Shown piece by piece: positions 12,041-25,427 of a DNA stretch of 44,411 nucleotides; position 1 is the stretch's first letter; the number at the start of each line of letters is the position of its first letter. The stretch comes from Octopus bimaculoides (taxonomy: Eukaryota), in assembly GCF_001194135.2 (NCBI RefSeq), contig NC_068991.1, positions 61,152,813 through 61,197,223 of the forward strand. Direction: 5' to 3'. A program made the position numbers and the translations under genes. Below the pieces are notes generated by a model, which saw only the letters and a program-made list of their open reading frames with translations, had not been told where the DNA came from and did not search any database.

Positions 12041-13699
12041 AAGGAAGAATACATTGGCCAGTGTAGTTCTAGATATAGAAAATGGACAGCATGGTCATAA
12101 CTGGAATATCTCTGATCAAAGCTTACATGAATCTTGAGACATTTGGTGTATTCTAACAACTAACGAGCCAATGACCTGTTAGAAATAGCAGCCAGGTTCT
12201 CTCAAATCCACACCCTACAGTCTTAAAGTAAAGGAAGGATACATTGGCCATTGGAATTCTAGATGTACAAAACAACAACAACAACAACAACAACAACAAT
12301 ATGGTCATAACTTGAACGTCTGTTTGATCATAGCTCATATGAATCATAGCTAAACCTAGTGGGGATGTGTAAAATGACAACAACTCTTCACATTTTCCAT
12401 AGAAATCTTATGGAAAATTCCTCTAATAACATTGCAAAAACTGTTAAGAGACTTAGTCTCTCTACAGAGTCATAAAATACATCAAGAGAGAATCGCTTTA
12501 AATCCCAAATATTGAATATTGCTATCATATATTGGATTGCATAGAAAACTGTATTCAGATGATACTCATCATCCTAGCCTATACGCATTGTTTTTCTTAA
12601 AATACTTCTTCAGTCTCTGCCCACACACTTCTCCCACATCGTATTGTGTCTTCTCCCTCTTATTATTGCTATCCCACTTCACTAGAGTTCATTTAATACA
12701 CTCGTCTATCTCTATTTTATTCCTTCAATGTTATGCTTCTTTCTCTAAATCCTGCATCAGACATAACATTCTTTCTGAAGATTGTTGCACTTTTCAAACT
12801 ACCTCACTCGCTTCCTCTTTCTCTCTCTCCTTTTCTTTCTTTCTCTCTCTTTCCCTCTCTCTCTGCCTTTTCCTCCGTCCATCATCTAATCTGCAACATT
12901 AATTTCATTTCTTAAATAATATTAACCACACCAGTCCCCACACTTATCTTTCACCCTTCTTATCTGATTGAAACTCCCAAGTTCCCTTCCTGCTCCGATT
13001 CAACAATATTAAGTACATATCGCTACACACAACAGTTTCTGCAAAAAAAAAAAAAGAAAGAAAAAAAAAGAAAGAAAGAAATATATAAAATACAAAAAAA
13101 AAAATCATCTTTAGTTACGAGTTGGAAAACCAGTCTAGAAATCTTCTAATAAAGAGAGTGTACCAATTTACGATATATAATTAATTTTATTATTTCTTAA
13201 TTAGGTACGAGGTATTAGAATTAAGGAGAAAGAAAACTATTCTTTTATTATTCTTTATTTTACTTGTTTCAGTCATTCGACTGTGGCCATGCTGGGGCAC
13301 AGCCTTGGCGAATTTTAGTCGAATGAATCGACTCCCAGTATTTATTTTTAAAGCCTGGTAGTTATTCTATTAGTCTCTTTTGCCAAACTGCTAGGTTACG
13401 GGGGGACACGAACATGCCAATACTGGTTGTCATGTGGTGGTGGTGAACCAACACACACACACGTTTTAGTAGATTTGGTAAACCGAAACTGAAAGAAGCC
13501 CATCATAGCTGTCGAAACACTACATCCTTCAAAACTTCCATGGTTCCTGAAATTCGCCAACAGTACACCTGATGTCCCCTGTCCCTGTCGTTTTTCTTTC
13601 CTTTTTTTGTGTGTGTTGTAGTGCACCTGACCACAGTATACAAGGTTCATTATATATATATATAGATAGATAGATATAGACAGCAAAAACGAGGTATAC

Positions 13700-13865
13700 C
13701 GAAGAAAATGCGGAGGAGGAGATTGGGAGGGTTGGCTTGAGAACGCCCAAACCTGGGCAAGTTGACGAGATGGTGTGAGGGCGGTTGCTATGGCATTGAG
13801 GTAGATCCAGCCACCTCCGTTAACGGGGACAAAACCTGGATTTAAAACACTGGATGATGATGATA
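13700..13865 (+). mobile_element. Probable 3' terminus of an RTE-like LINE
   Basis: Plus-frame GIPKKMRR..EVDPATSVNGDK, then ggatttaaaacactgga and a (GAT)n tail, resembling RTE 3' ends as I recall them. Confidence 0.45.
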
Positions 13866-14087
13866 TCTTCTGTAGAAAACATACATCCCAAAAAGGAGGC
13901 ACACTCTAAGATGTAGAGCAGTATATATTAAAAAATGGAGAGACAGTCCCCAGCCGTTTTCTTTGAGTAGCGAGGCATTTCCCCCTCCATATTTTGAAGA
14001 GGTCATACCCTAAGCCTAACCCTTTATGGACTGGAAACTTAAGGTAATTCCATAAACCAGCATTCCCCATATTTATTTTTGTGTGTG

Positions 14088-14300
14088 ACGAGCTGGCAGA
14101 AGCGTTAGCATGCTGGGCGAAATACTTAGCGGCAATTCATCTGTATTTACGTTCTGATTTCAAATTCCACCGAGGTCGACTTTGCCTTTTATCCTTTCGG
14201 AGTTGGTCGATAAATTAAATACCAGTTGCATACTGAGATCGATCTAATCGACTGGTCCCCTCCCCAAAAATTTCGGGCCTTGTGCCTAGAGTAGAAAAGA
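14088..14300 (+). mobile_element. SINE family C
   Basis: gagctggcagaagcgttagcatgctgggcgaaa head, ttcaaattcc B box and the family central segment. Confidence 0.85.
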
Positions 14301-14323
14301 ATATATATATATATATATATATA

Positions 14324-14637
14324 NNNNNNNNNNNNNNNNNNNNNNNNNNNNNNNNNNNNNNNNNNNNNNNNNNNNNNNNNNNNNNNNNNNNNNNNNNNNN
14401 NNNNNNNNNNNNNNNNNNNNNNNNNNNNNNNNNNNNNNNNNNNNNNNNNNNNNNNNNNNNNNNNNNNNNNNNNNNNNNNNNNNNNNNNNNNNNNNNNNNN
14501 NNNNNNNNNNNNNNNNNNNNNNNNNNNNNNNNNNNNNNNNNNNNNNNNNNNNNNNNNNNNNNNNNNNNNNNNNNNNNNNNNNNNNNNNNNNNNNNNNNNN
14601 NNNNNNNNNNNNNNNNNNNNNNNNNNNNNNNNNNNNN
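14324..14637. other. Assembly gap (one of 11)
   Basis: N runs at 4907-4916, 14324-14637, 16084-16166, 17325-17442, 18626-19119, 25247-25346, 28172-28268, 29578-30172, 31651-31843, 35010-35748 and 42445-43157; most abut simple repeats. Confidence 0.98.
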
Positions 14638-15308
14638 GCCACTACGGTAAATGAGAACGGAGAAGCAATCTGCAGGTACTCCATAGCTCCTATCACTACG
14701 ATAAGTTTCCAATTAAGAACAAAGCGTTCAGTAAAGCGTACCATTCCTATAGCACCGTATAATCTAGACTTCTGTGATCTTAATTCAAAACACTGATTCA
14801 GAAAGAAAAATTTTAAGAAAAGAAAAACAAAAATTTCTAGAGAGAAAAATAATGAAAAAAACTCAATGAGACATAAAAATGGATCTGAAGGTTTCCGAAA
14901 GGAGACAGATCTCTAATTAGATTTCCAAAAATTCCGAATCATCTTTAAGGATACTTTACTTTGTCCTTTAAAGGTTAAAGGAGGCTGATTGTGTTATTGC
15001 TAAAAAAGAATATATATTATCGGAAATTCTGGGACACAGCTAACTGGAATAGTTAAAAAAAAAAAATGTCCCATTTATATCGCCAAATACCTGAGTAATA
15101 ACAAGACGTTATGGCGTGGTGGTTGTTACTGAAAGCGTGAGTACCGTGTGTATGTGTGTGTTTGTATGCGTATGTATGCATGCATGCAAGTGTGTATGTG
15201 TTTAATCTTAGCACAGTAATCACTAAATTACTCGTCACCTATTTCCATTAAGTTCAGTACAACCAACATAACCATATCCTCCGCCAGTCTAAATAATTTG
15301 CTCTCTTA

Positions 15309-15347
<39 letters not shown>

Positions 15348-16416
15348 GTACGTTCCTTGCATGGATTAGTAAATGCGTACGTATGCATGAGTGCATGTGT
15401 GTTTGTGCATGTGTGTGCCCCAGTTATTTCATAACCACCAACATCTTGTGTCTCCTGTCCCACTTACGCTGCTATCATCATCATCTGATGTCACTGGGTG
15501 CTCCGAAAGGAGGTTTTATCGATCCATTTCAAAGTCAGAAAGCGACAGAATTCTAGCAATATGAAGGTAGAGAGACAGAGAGGTGGAGAGAAAGAAAGAA
15601 AGAGAAAGGGATGCAGGAAAGAGAGAACGAGGAGGCGTCGTGGAGGAGGGGAATTCGGCAGATCCAACCAGCTAGCTATTTAGTAAACTGTCGATAGCTG
15701 GTTAGAGACGAAAATAAATATTAAAAGCATATATATCTGCTCCACACATGGAAAGCGATCAAGATTTAAAACATTCAGTTTCCTTTAGTAATCAGGAAAA
15801 CCCAGCAAAAAAATATTAGTTGGTCTTCCACTGATTGTTATCTATAAAAGTGATGGTTAAATGGTTCCAAGTTGGCCAGAGGGTTTCGATGAATTCTTTG
15901 TTTCCACAACATAAAGATATTGATTGACAGACAAGGCAACGATGTTATTAATGGCACAATAATACGTACACATTAACACACACAATTGCATACATATATT
16001 TGTATATACACACATATACGTAGCATATATATGTATATATATGTGTGTACATGCGTGTATGTATATATTTATATACATATATANNNNNNNNNNNNNNNNN
16101 NNNNNNNNNNNNNNNNNNNNNNNNNNNNNNNNNNNNNNNNNNNNNNNNNNNNNNNNNNNNNNNNNNATATATATATATGTTTGTATTCTATTTTATAGAT
16201 ATAGATTGCACACACCTGAGGCACACGGGGGATATAAACGTAGAACTCGGTGACATGAGAAAGCAAATTTATCATGAAGAGATAAGCACAGCATTTGCAC
16301 ACACAAATGTGTTTGTGTGTTTTTGTAAATGCATATGCAAATATATATATACGTAGATATATATATATTATATACACACACACAGACACACAAGCACACT
16401 CACGTATGTATGTGTG

Positions 16417-16454
<38 letters not shown>

Positions 16455-17228
16455 TAGATAGGTATGTGTAGATATTTCGTTTTTTAATGACTCTCCCCAG
16501 ACACAATAACACACACACACGTTTATATAAGGTGATAGCTCTTTACAAAGGATATACATCAAGAAGTAGGAGTAACATAGACATTATAGACAAGAATGAA
16601 CAAGTAGTAAACAAAAGAGGTTTTTGAAGGGAGTGAGTAAGTCGGGAACTACACAAACAGACTGACTTGTAGTAGTAGTAGTAGAGAGAGTAGGGGGGTA
16701 TACAATTTTAAGTGAAGCACTCTTGAAATAAAGGGGGTATCATATAACCGTCATTCTCGTTAATTACTGGTATTTTGTTCCTGCCGAGAAGAATGCCATT
16801 TTTCTTTTAATATTGTTACATTGAACACAGATCGCAAGCTAACGTTTGCATTACATACAAACATACATACATACAAACAAACATACATGTATGTATATAT
16901 GCACGTGTGTGTGTGTATAGGGAACATAGAGTCATTAAGTGTGCACATGCACTAAATTGCAATAGCTATGGAGATTGTCATAAACAAATGAAAGCCACAG
17001 AAATATCTGCGCTGATGCGGGAGGAGTGGTAACAGAGAGGAATGAGAGGAGGAAGAGAGGAAAGGAGGACAACATCGCACACCCTCCTACTACCATTTCA
17101 CTTCAGTAAGGTCGCTAAACCCTTAAGCATGAAGCAGGAGATAGTTTCTAAAATAGGGCTGCTTCAGAGACACAAACACAGACATGCACAATCAAATATA
17201 AATATACACCTACATATATACATATCCA

Positions 17229-17324
<96 letters not shown>

Positions 17325-17658
17325 NNNNNNNNNNNNNNNNNNNNNNNNNNNNNNNNNNNNNNNNNNNNNNNNNNNNNNNNNNNNNNNNNNNNNNNNNNNN
17401 NNNNNNNNNNNNNNNNNNNNNNNNNNNNNNNNNNNNNNNNNNATATATATAATACAAATAATAAATGAGTATATGCATATATACGTACATGTATGTACAT
17501 ACTTACATCTACCTGTATATATAGATGCATATCTGGGTACAGGACATTGTAAACAAAGCGTAGAAGAAAAATGATAAACAAGTACAGAAAACACACAGGC
17601 CACATAGAGAACATCTCCTTCATCAACTGCCCCCATTCTGACACAGGCGTTTCGAAGA

Positions 17659-17703
<45 letters not shown>

Positions 17704-17882
17704 TATATGCATGAACACATATCTATATAAATATACATACATTGTAAATACACACACACTATATATGTATCATTTATGTGCCTTTGGCCATTTGTGTGTG
17801 GTGAGTCGCCTGTACGGCTAAGCACTTTACCAATGGTCACTCTATGACTGACCATAACTTTTAACTTCCTAGAATATATATA

Positions 17883-18103
17883 CGAGGGCGTGCTAAAAAG
17901 TTCCTGGCTTTAAGGGCTTTAAGGTTATTGTGAAAAGCCTGGTTGGAGGCTCTTCTGAGTTCTTTTACAAGGCTTAGAAAAACTGAAGGACCACTGCAAT
18001 AAGTTGTGCATCTGAGAGGAGAATGTGTTGAATGAAATCATAAATAACGAATCCTCCTGTGTTTTGTTTTACCCAAAGCCAGGAACTTTTCGGCACCCCC
18101 TTG
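17883..18103 (+). mobile_element. Mariner internal-deletion derivative
   Basis: TIRs cgagggcgtgctaaaaagttcctggcttt and aaagccaggaacttttcggcacccccttg, TA on both sides. The interior resembles a mariner transposase C-terminus (GLEKLKDHCNK..LRGE.VE). Confidence 0.85.
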
Positions 18104-18424
18104 TACACACATGCATGAACGCACACACACATACACACACATTTATATATATGCATATCTATATACATAGATATGCATAAACAAGCAAGACGATACGGTT
18201 ACGAAGTTCATTTGGCAACCACATGGTTTTATGTTCGATCCCACAGTGAAGCACCTTAGGCAAATATCTTCTAATAAATGACCACCACCACTGCTATCAT
18301 CACCAGGCTGGGCAACGCTTTGAAACTGAATATTAGGTAAATGGAAACTGCAAAATAATCCATCAAATGTGTGTATGCAGATGCATGTGTGTGTGTGTAT
18401 GTGTGTCTATATATATCTCTTATT

Positions 18425-19302
18425 TTTTTACTTGTTTCAGTCATTTGACTGCAGCCATGCTGGAGCACTGGCTTGAAGGGTTTTAGTCGAACAAATCGAC
18501 CCCAGGACTTCTTTTAATTCCATCACTTCCTTTTGCTGAAATGATAAGTTATGGGGTCATAAACAGATCAACACCAGTTGTCAAGCAGCTGTAGGGGACA
18601 AACACAGACACAAAGACATACATACNNNNNNNNNNNNNNNNNNNNNNNNNNNNNNNNNNNNNNNNNNNNNNNNNNNNNNNNNNNNNNNNNNNNNNNNNNN
18701 NNNNNNNNNNNNNNNNNNNNNNNNNNNNNNNNNNNNNNNNNNNNNNNNNNNNNNNNNNNNNNNNNNNNNNNNNNNNNNNNNNNNNNNNNNNNNNNNNNNN
18801 NNNNNNNNNNNNNNNNNNNNNNNNNNNNNNNNNNNNNNNNNNNNNNNNNNNNNNNNNNNNNNNNNNNNNNNNNNNNNNNNNNNNNNNNNNNNNNNNNNNN
18901 NNNNNNNNNNNNNNNNNNNNNNNNNNNNNNNNNNNNNNNNNNNNNNNNNNNNNNNNNNNNNNNNNNNNNNNNNNNNNNNNNNNNNNNNNNNNNNNNNNNN
19001 NNNNNNNNNNNNNNNNNNNNNNNNNNNNNNNNNNNNNNNNNNNNNNNNNNNNNNNNNNNNNNNNNNNNNNNNNNNNNNNNNNNNNNNNNNNNNNNNNNNN
19101 NNNNNNNNNNNNNNNNNNNATATATATATATATATATATACAATGGGTTTCTTTCAGTTTCCATCTTCCAAATCCATTCACAGGGCTTTGATCCGCCCAA
19201 GGCTGTAGTAGAAGACACATGTGCAAGGTGCCATACAGTGGAACTGAACTTGGAACCATGTGGTTGGGAAGCAAGCTTCTTACCACACAGCCATGCCTGC
19301 AC
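18425..19302 (-). mobile_element. SINE family B spanning an assembly gap
   Basis: Tail at 18425-18625 and head at 19140-19302 flank the N gap where the internal microsatellite is expected. Confidence 0.75.
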
Positions 19303-19999
19303 CTATCAAAAAACATATGTACACACACATATATGCAAAACATAGTACACATATACATTATGTGTATACAAGCACATACAGACAATATATAAGTGTATAT
19401 AGACAGGTTCCAATGTTTTTATGAGATCATTGTTACAAGACAGGTAAGATAGGTAATCCCATATTAGAAGAACTAAATATATCAGTTTTATTTTGAATTC
19501 TTATAGTTGAGAAGGCTACGATTTACTTAGCTGAGTCCGTGTCTTATACGTTTTAAGCATTTTGGCATGTTTTCTATGGCTGGTTGACCTTTTCCCCCTC
19601 GATACACACATACATGATAGAAACATTGGCAAGCCTCTTACTTTCCACATCTCATTTTGCTAAGTACACTTAGTCTCCAGTTTCTCTTGGAAATACATCA
19701 TCAACATTGTTTAACGTCTGTTTTCCATGCTGGCATGGGTTGGACGGTTTGACATGAGCTGGCCAGCTGAAGAGCTGCCCAGACTCTATTTGTCTATTTT
19801 GGAATGGCTTCTATGGCTGGATGCCCTTCCTAACACCAACCACTTTACAGAGTGTACTGGGTGCTTTTAATGTCACACCAGCCCAGGTGCTTTAACATGG
19901 CATCGTCATGAGTACTTTTATGTGACACCAGAATGGGCACTTTTACTCAGCATCAGCACACGTGCTTTTACATGGCACCAGCACTCACAAGCCTACAAG

Positions 20000-20710
20000 A
20001 CTAATCAGAGGTTACTAAATGAGAATGTTTGGTGGGGAGAGAACTACACCAAACTGACCCAGCAGAGGGACCAACTATCGAAAATGATAGCTTTTCTGTT
20101 AATATTGTCATTAACTCTTAATGTGCTGGTGAAATTTTTCCAGGTGATGTGACATGCTAATCATATGTAAATCAGTTCTCACAATCTCTTTCTACTGACC
20201 AGTAAAAAATAGAATGTACATCATTCATCATGTGAAATGTGGAGGATTCTGGAAAGTATTCTACCTTCAAAAATGAATAAATTCAATGCCTGTGTCTCAA
20301 GTGCAAATATACAGGAATTCAGTATGCTTGGTTCCTGTGCAGTAAGGATTGAGAATATGAAGCCAGGAAGAGCATCAAGGATAGTTTGAAATATTGAAAA
20401 TATCTAGCAAAGTAGGGCTTGCAGTGTTAATCAGGTAGTGTAGGATGAGTTCATATCTTATGATAGGTATAGCAATAGAACTATCCGCCATTACAAGGGC
20501 AAAGGAGATGCTTGAGAATTTAGCTACAGAAACATAGAATTGATGGGAAAATCATTTTAGCACAACTAATTTAGAAGAAAATTACCTTAAATAAGATGGA
20601 ATTTGAGTTTGGATCAGGGCAGAGATACCAGTGATGCCATCTTCCTTACAAGAGAACTATTAAGGTTCTCAGCAAAAAGCAAGCCACAACAGAAAGCCTT
20701 TGTCAGGGTA
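20000..20710 (+). mobile_element. Decayed RTE LINE ORF2, N-terminal RT region
   Basis: RLLNENVW, IENMKPGRAS, HYKGKGDA, ITLNKMEFEFG and TSDAIFLTREL match RTE motifs (YKGKGDAL, DEMQFGF, STTDAIF). Confidence 0.8.
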
Positions 20711-20829
20711 CTGCACTGTATGGAATAAAACAACACACATGCTCACAGAAATATACACATACAGATGGGAGAGAGAGAGAGAGAGAGATAGATGTTCATT
20801 GTCATGCATTGTATGCTTGCTGTGTATTG

Positions 20830-21210
20830 ATGATTTTACAACAAAAGTCTTCCCAATTAAGCATGTGTTCTCCAGCTTCTTTGCCACTCTTGTCCAACCA
20901 GCTTATGATATTGTCTATCCAGTACATTCTTTACCTGCCTTTTGATCTATCATCTCCATTCTTCCTTCCATGATAATGCTTGCCAAACTGCTGCTTCTTT
21001 GAATACAGCCATAATAGACAAGCTTCTGTTTTTGTTTTACACAATGTTCAGGAGTTGTCATTTTTCACCTACCTGTCGTAACACCATTCATTTGTCTGAT
21101 GATCCTTTAAGAGACTCATAACATTCTCTTATACATCCACATTTCAAATGCATCGATTATGCTCGCCTCAAATTTGTTCAGAGTCCATGCTTCACAACCA
21201 TAAATACCTA
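20830..21210 (-). mobile_element. Decayed RTE/BovB-like LINE 3' fragment (a different family)
   Basis: Minus-strand YGCEAWTLNKFEASIIDAFEMWMYKRML, IIMEGRME and YWIDNII. Confidence 0.8.
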
Positions 21211-21277
21211 TTGGCATTTATAGTTGTGAAAAGATATTACCATTTATAAATTGAATAAGACTGATATAAGCAGCAGA

Positions 21278-21500
21278 GAGCTGGCAGAATCATTAGCACA
21301 CGGGGCGAAATGCTTAGCGGTATTTTGTCTGCCATTACATTCTGAGTTCAGATTCCACTGAGGTGGACTTTGCCTTTCATCCTTTCAGGGTCGATTAAAT
21401 AAGTACCAGTTACGCACTGGTGTTGATGTAATCGACTTAATCCCTTTGTCTGTCCTTGTTTGTCCTCTCTATGTTTTGCCCCCGAGGGCAATAAAGAAAT
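21278..21500 (+). mobile_element. SINE family C
   Basis: Co-linear with the 7460-7692 unit. Further copies near 33865-34062(-) and 37165-37278(-). Confidence 0.85.
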
Positions 21501-21619
21501 AGATATAAACACTTTCCTTTTCTTCACACACATAAACAGAGAGGGAGAGAGAGAGATGGGGAAAGAGGGAACTAGAAAAACATTGAAACGCCTGATGCCA
21601 AACAAGCTAGCGTCAAATC

Positions 21620-22330
21620 AGTAATGCCAAATATGCAAAGCCAAAACTTTTTATATCCCTCTGTATGCAGTTTGGGGCTCATTACAAAAACTAAGCATGA
21701 ATGAATGGCATGTGGGAGCGGTGCAACGTATGTACACAGATGTTGTCAGCAAGGGGAGATAGCAATGAATTCAATGAAGAATTTAATATCAACGAAGGTG
21801 GTTGTTATGACTCGGTTTGCAGCCCACTCTTGTTTCTTATAGCTCTTCAGGCTAAGTGTTCCAAGAGTTAGCTAGTTCTTATTATAGAATTTATCTAAGA
21901 ATTAGAAAATAAAATTCCAAATGTCAAAGTAAAACCTAAACTTGAGAGATCTTAAAGTAAAGCTGGCAAAGAACAACATTTTCACTGAGCAAGAAAGAAG
22001 ACAGTCTGCTGTTGTATCCTGGAAACTGCCAATTCTTGTTGTACAGAATAAACTAAAGCGGGGATAAGAAGGCCATATGGTATACCCAATGTCAACTGTG
22101 GGTGCATGGGAGCACAAAGGATGCTGTAGGCTGTGAGAGAACACAAACTTTGCATATAGCAGATGTGCAGGAGTAATTTGCAGTGACAGTATGCAAAAAC
22201 TGAATTTGTACAAATGCACAAAAGTGTCCCTAGATTTTGTTAATAGATTTCACTACCTAGGTGACCAAACTTGCTGTATAAGATGATATTACATAAGCAG
22301 AGAAGCTAGAGTGGAGAACGGACATTAACA
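21620..22330 (+). mobile_element. Decayed RTE LINE ORF2, central RT region (continuation of 20000-20710)
   Basis: KLSMNEWHVGAVQRMYTDVVSK, DSVCSPLLFLIALQA and VNRFHYLGDQ. Confidence 0.8.
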
Positions 22331-22436
22331 GACAATGACACACATACTCATTATGTAATATATATAAATATATATATATATACATAACATAATATATATA
22401 ATATATAGCATATACAATATATAATGTATATGATAA

Positions 22437-22526
22437 TGATAAATATATAACATATATGATAAATATATAACATATATGATAAATATATAATATATATGAT
22501 AAATATATAACATATATGATAAATAT
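22437..22526. repeat. 20 bp minisatellite, about 4.5 copies
   Basis: Unit aaatatataacatatatgat. Confidence 0.9.
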
Positions 22527-22673
22527 CATCATCATTTAACATCTGCTCCCATACTGGCATGGATTGGACAGTTTCACATGGAGCTGGCTAGCAGGGAGTA
22601 GTCCAGACTCCAATTGTCTGCTGTGGTATAGTTTCTACGGCTGGATGCCCTTCCTAATGCCGTATATATAAAT

Positions 22674-22709
<36 letters not shown>

Positions 22710-23307
22710 GCACACAGACATATTTACATGTATGTGTGTGTGTGTGTGAGACAGAGAGAGAGAGAGAAAGAACTCAAACATGTGCTGAACATATAAAACA
22801 TGAAACATGCATTGAATTCCACATACTTTGATCAGTCAAATCTAAAGTGTAACAGCCACATATATATGTGGATGTGTTTATAGAAATACATCCACACACA
22901 ATCCTCATCATTTTTACCTCTGATTTTTCCATGGAAGCATGCGTTGGATGAATACTTTAGGGGCAGTATTTGACAGCTGGATGCTAACTCTGATGCAAGC
23001 ATTTGTTTTTAATTAAGACACTTTTTATTTCCTTCGTTTGTGGAACTAACATGTAATATACATGTGTATAAACCGTTATACATGTCATTGTATTTATGAG
23101 ATGCAGAATGTATCTCATTTGCAAGACATAGACTTCACAGATTCACAAATGGTATTAATACTGAGAGACACAGAACAACATGGACAACCCTTCATAACCG
23201 CAACCTTTTAAACTATGTACTAGATGCATTTTATTGTGACAACAGCTCATATATTTTATATATACATATACATATATATATATATATATATAAAAATATA
23301 TATATAT

Positions 23308-23650
23308 TCAGTCCCACTGTGTGGTACTTTGGGCGAGTGTCTTCTACTTTAGCCTTGGACCGACCAAAGCCTTTTGAGTGAATTTGGTAGACGGAGACTG
23401 AAAGAAGCCATCGTATATATGTATATATATGTATGTGTGTGTATATGTTTGTGTGTCTGTGTTTGTCCCCCCCAACATCGCTTGACAACCGATGCTGGTG
23501 TGTTTATGTCCCCGTAACTTAGAGGTTTGGCAAAAAAGGCCGATAGAATAAGTACTAGGCTTACAAAGAATAAGTCCTAGGGATGATTTGCTCGACTAAA
23601 GGCGGTGCTCCAGCATGGCCACAGTCAAAATGACTGAAACAAGTAAAAGA
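23308..23650 (+). mobile_element. 5'-truncated SINE family B
   Basis: Runs from the ttcagtcccactg B box to the tgactgaaacaagtaaaagag tail. Confidence 0.85.
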
Positions 23651-23698
<48 letters not shown>

Positions 23699-23879
23699 AC
23701 ACGTGTGTGTGTGTGAATATTATATAAACAAACACAAACATGTATATCTATGAAAATGAAATTTATATAAATATATACATATATAGACACACACACACAC
23801 AGAGGTCAGTCAATGTAGATGATGCTTCATACATACATGTATACTGGTTTTATACATGGATATTACATTGATGTATATA

Positions 23880-23921
<42 letters not shown>

Positions 23922-24186
23922 GACTTACACAAAAACACTAAAAATGCTTCATATAGCATATTTATATTTAGCATCTTTTAACATGGTTTAACATCCCTGT
24001 ATTATGCTGGCAAGGGTTGAATGGCAGGCCTATATATGTATATATGCATCAATGCATACAAACACACACACAAACACACATATATGTTTATATGTCGTAC
24101 ATACATATATATTTTGAATATATAAACATATACACACACAGAGTAACATGGACACTGGTACACACATCTATCTATCTATCTATCTA

Positions 24187-24224
<38 letters not shown>

Positions 24225-25014
24225 AATATATATTTGAGACAGGTATTCTCTGTATAGAATACATTTCGTAGTGTTTAAGAGATTTGAATTGAGCAGGTTG
24301 AGGACTAAATGTAAGGATAAGCAAGTTAGACAAGGTGATATACAAAAAATATTAAATACATTTAATACAAAAAAAAATGTATGTATGTACATTGGCTGTA
24401 TTTTTTGTATATCAATGTGCCTAACTTGCTTCTTCTTACATTTACTTCCCTATATATGTATGTATATATACACACACACACAGATAAATATAGATATGGA
24501 CGCTTTATGTCTGGTTCTCTGTGAGTACACGCATAGTGACATTGCTCAAAAAAAAAAAAAATTATTTATATATATATGAATACACAAACACACATACATA
24601 CATGGACAGGCATCACTCACAATGGTGTATGATAATGGTATCAGCATGCGCCACGCCTTTTATGTTTTGCTAGTTGTTTTTTTTAGGTGCTCATGTAATC
24701 ACAAGCAGACACAGACAATCTCTTGACCCACTCACCCCTGACCGAGAGGAATGCACAAGACATGATAACCAGAGAAAGAGAGAGAGAGAGAGATGGATAG
24801 ACAGACAGACAGAGAGAATGTTACACTACAGCACATGGCTGGAAATGTATTTTATTATCAATAGAACAATAAAAGTTAAGGCAGGCATCAGCTGGATTTG
24901 AACTCACTATGTAGTAAACATCAATTAATTAATGCATGCCATTCTGTCCAATAGTACAATCTGCCAGTTAAGTGATATACAAACAAACACTGTGCCCTGA
25001 CTCTGTTTTCTCTG

Positions 25015-25050
<36 letters not shown>

Positions 25051-25427
25051 TGTGTGTGAACAGGCTTGGTTCTATGGTTAAGAACTTTGCTTCTCAAACA
25101 CATGGCTCTGGGTTCAATACTGTTGCGTGGCATTGCATGCAAGTATCTTTTTCTATAACTACAGCCAAACCAAAGTCTTGTGAGTGAATTTTGTAGAGAG
25201 AAACTAAAAGAACCTATCATGTATGTATGTATGTATGTATATATATNNNNNNNNNNNNNNNNNNNNNNNNNNNNNNNNNNNNNNNNNNNNNNNNNNNNNN
25301 NNNNNNNNNNNNNNNNNNNNNNNNNNNNNNNNNNNNNNNNNNNNNNGTCAAAGCAAGTTACTGGGGGATGTTGAAAGTGCTTAAACTCTATTCACTACAG
25401 AGAGAAATGGGAAAGGTATACAATGGT

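Noticed and set aside
13396-13902. 168 aa minus-strand ORF
   Set aside because: It overlaps a probable RTE 3' end on the opposite strand and a SINE B; no family is recognisable.
15111-15136. Plus-strand ATGGCGTGGTGGTTGTTACTGAAAGC followed by GTGAGT
   Set aside because: It is too short to evaluate, has no downstream partner exon, and conflicts with the minus-strand candidate nearby.
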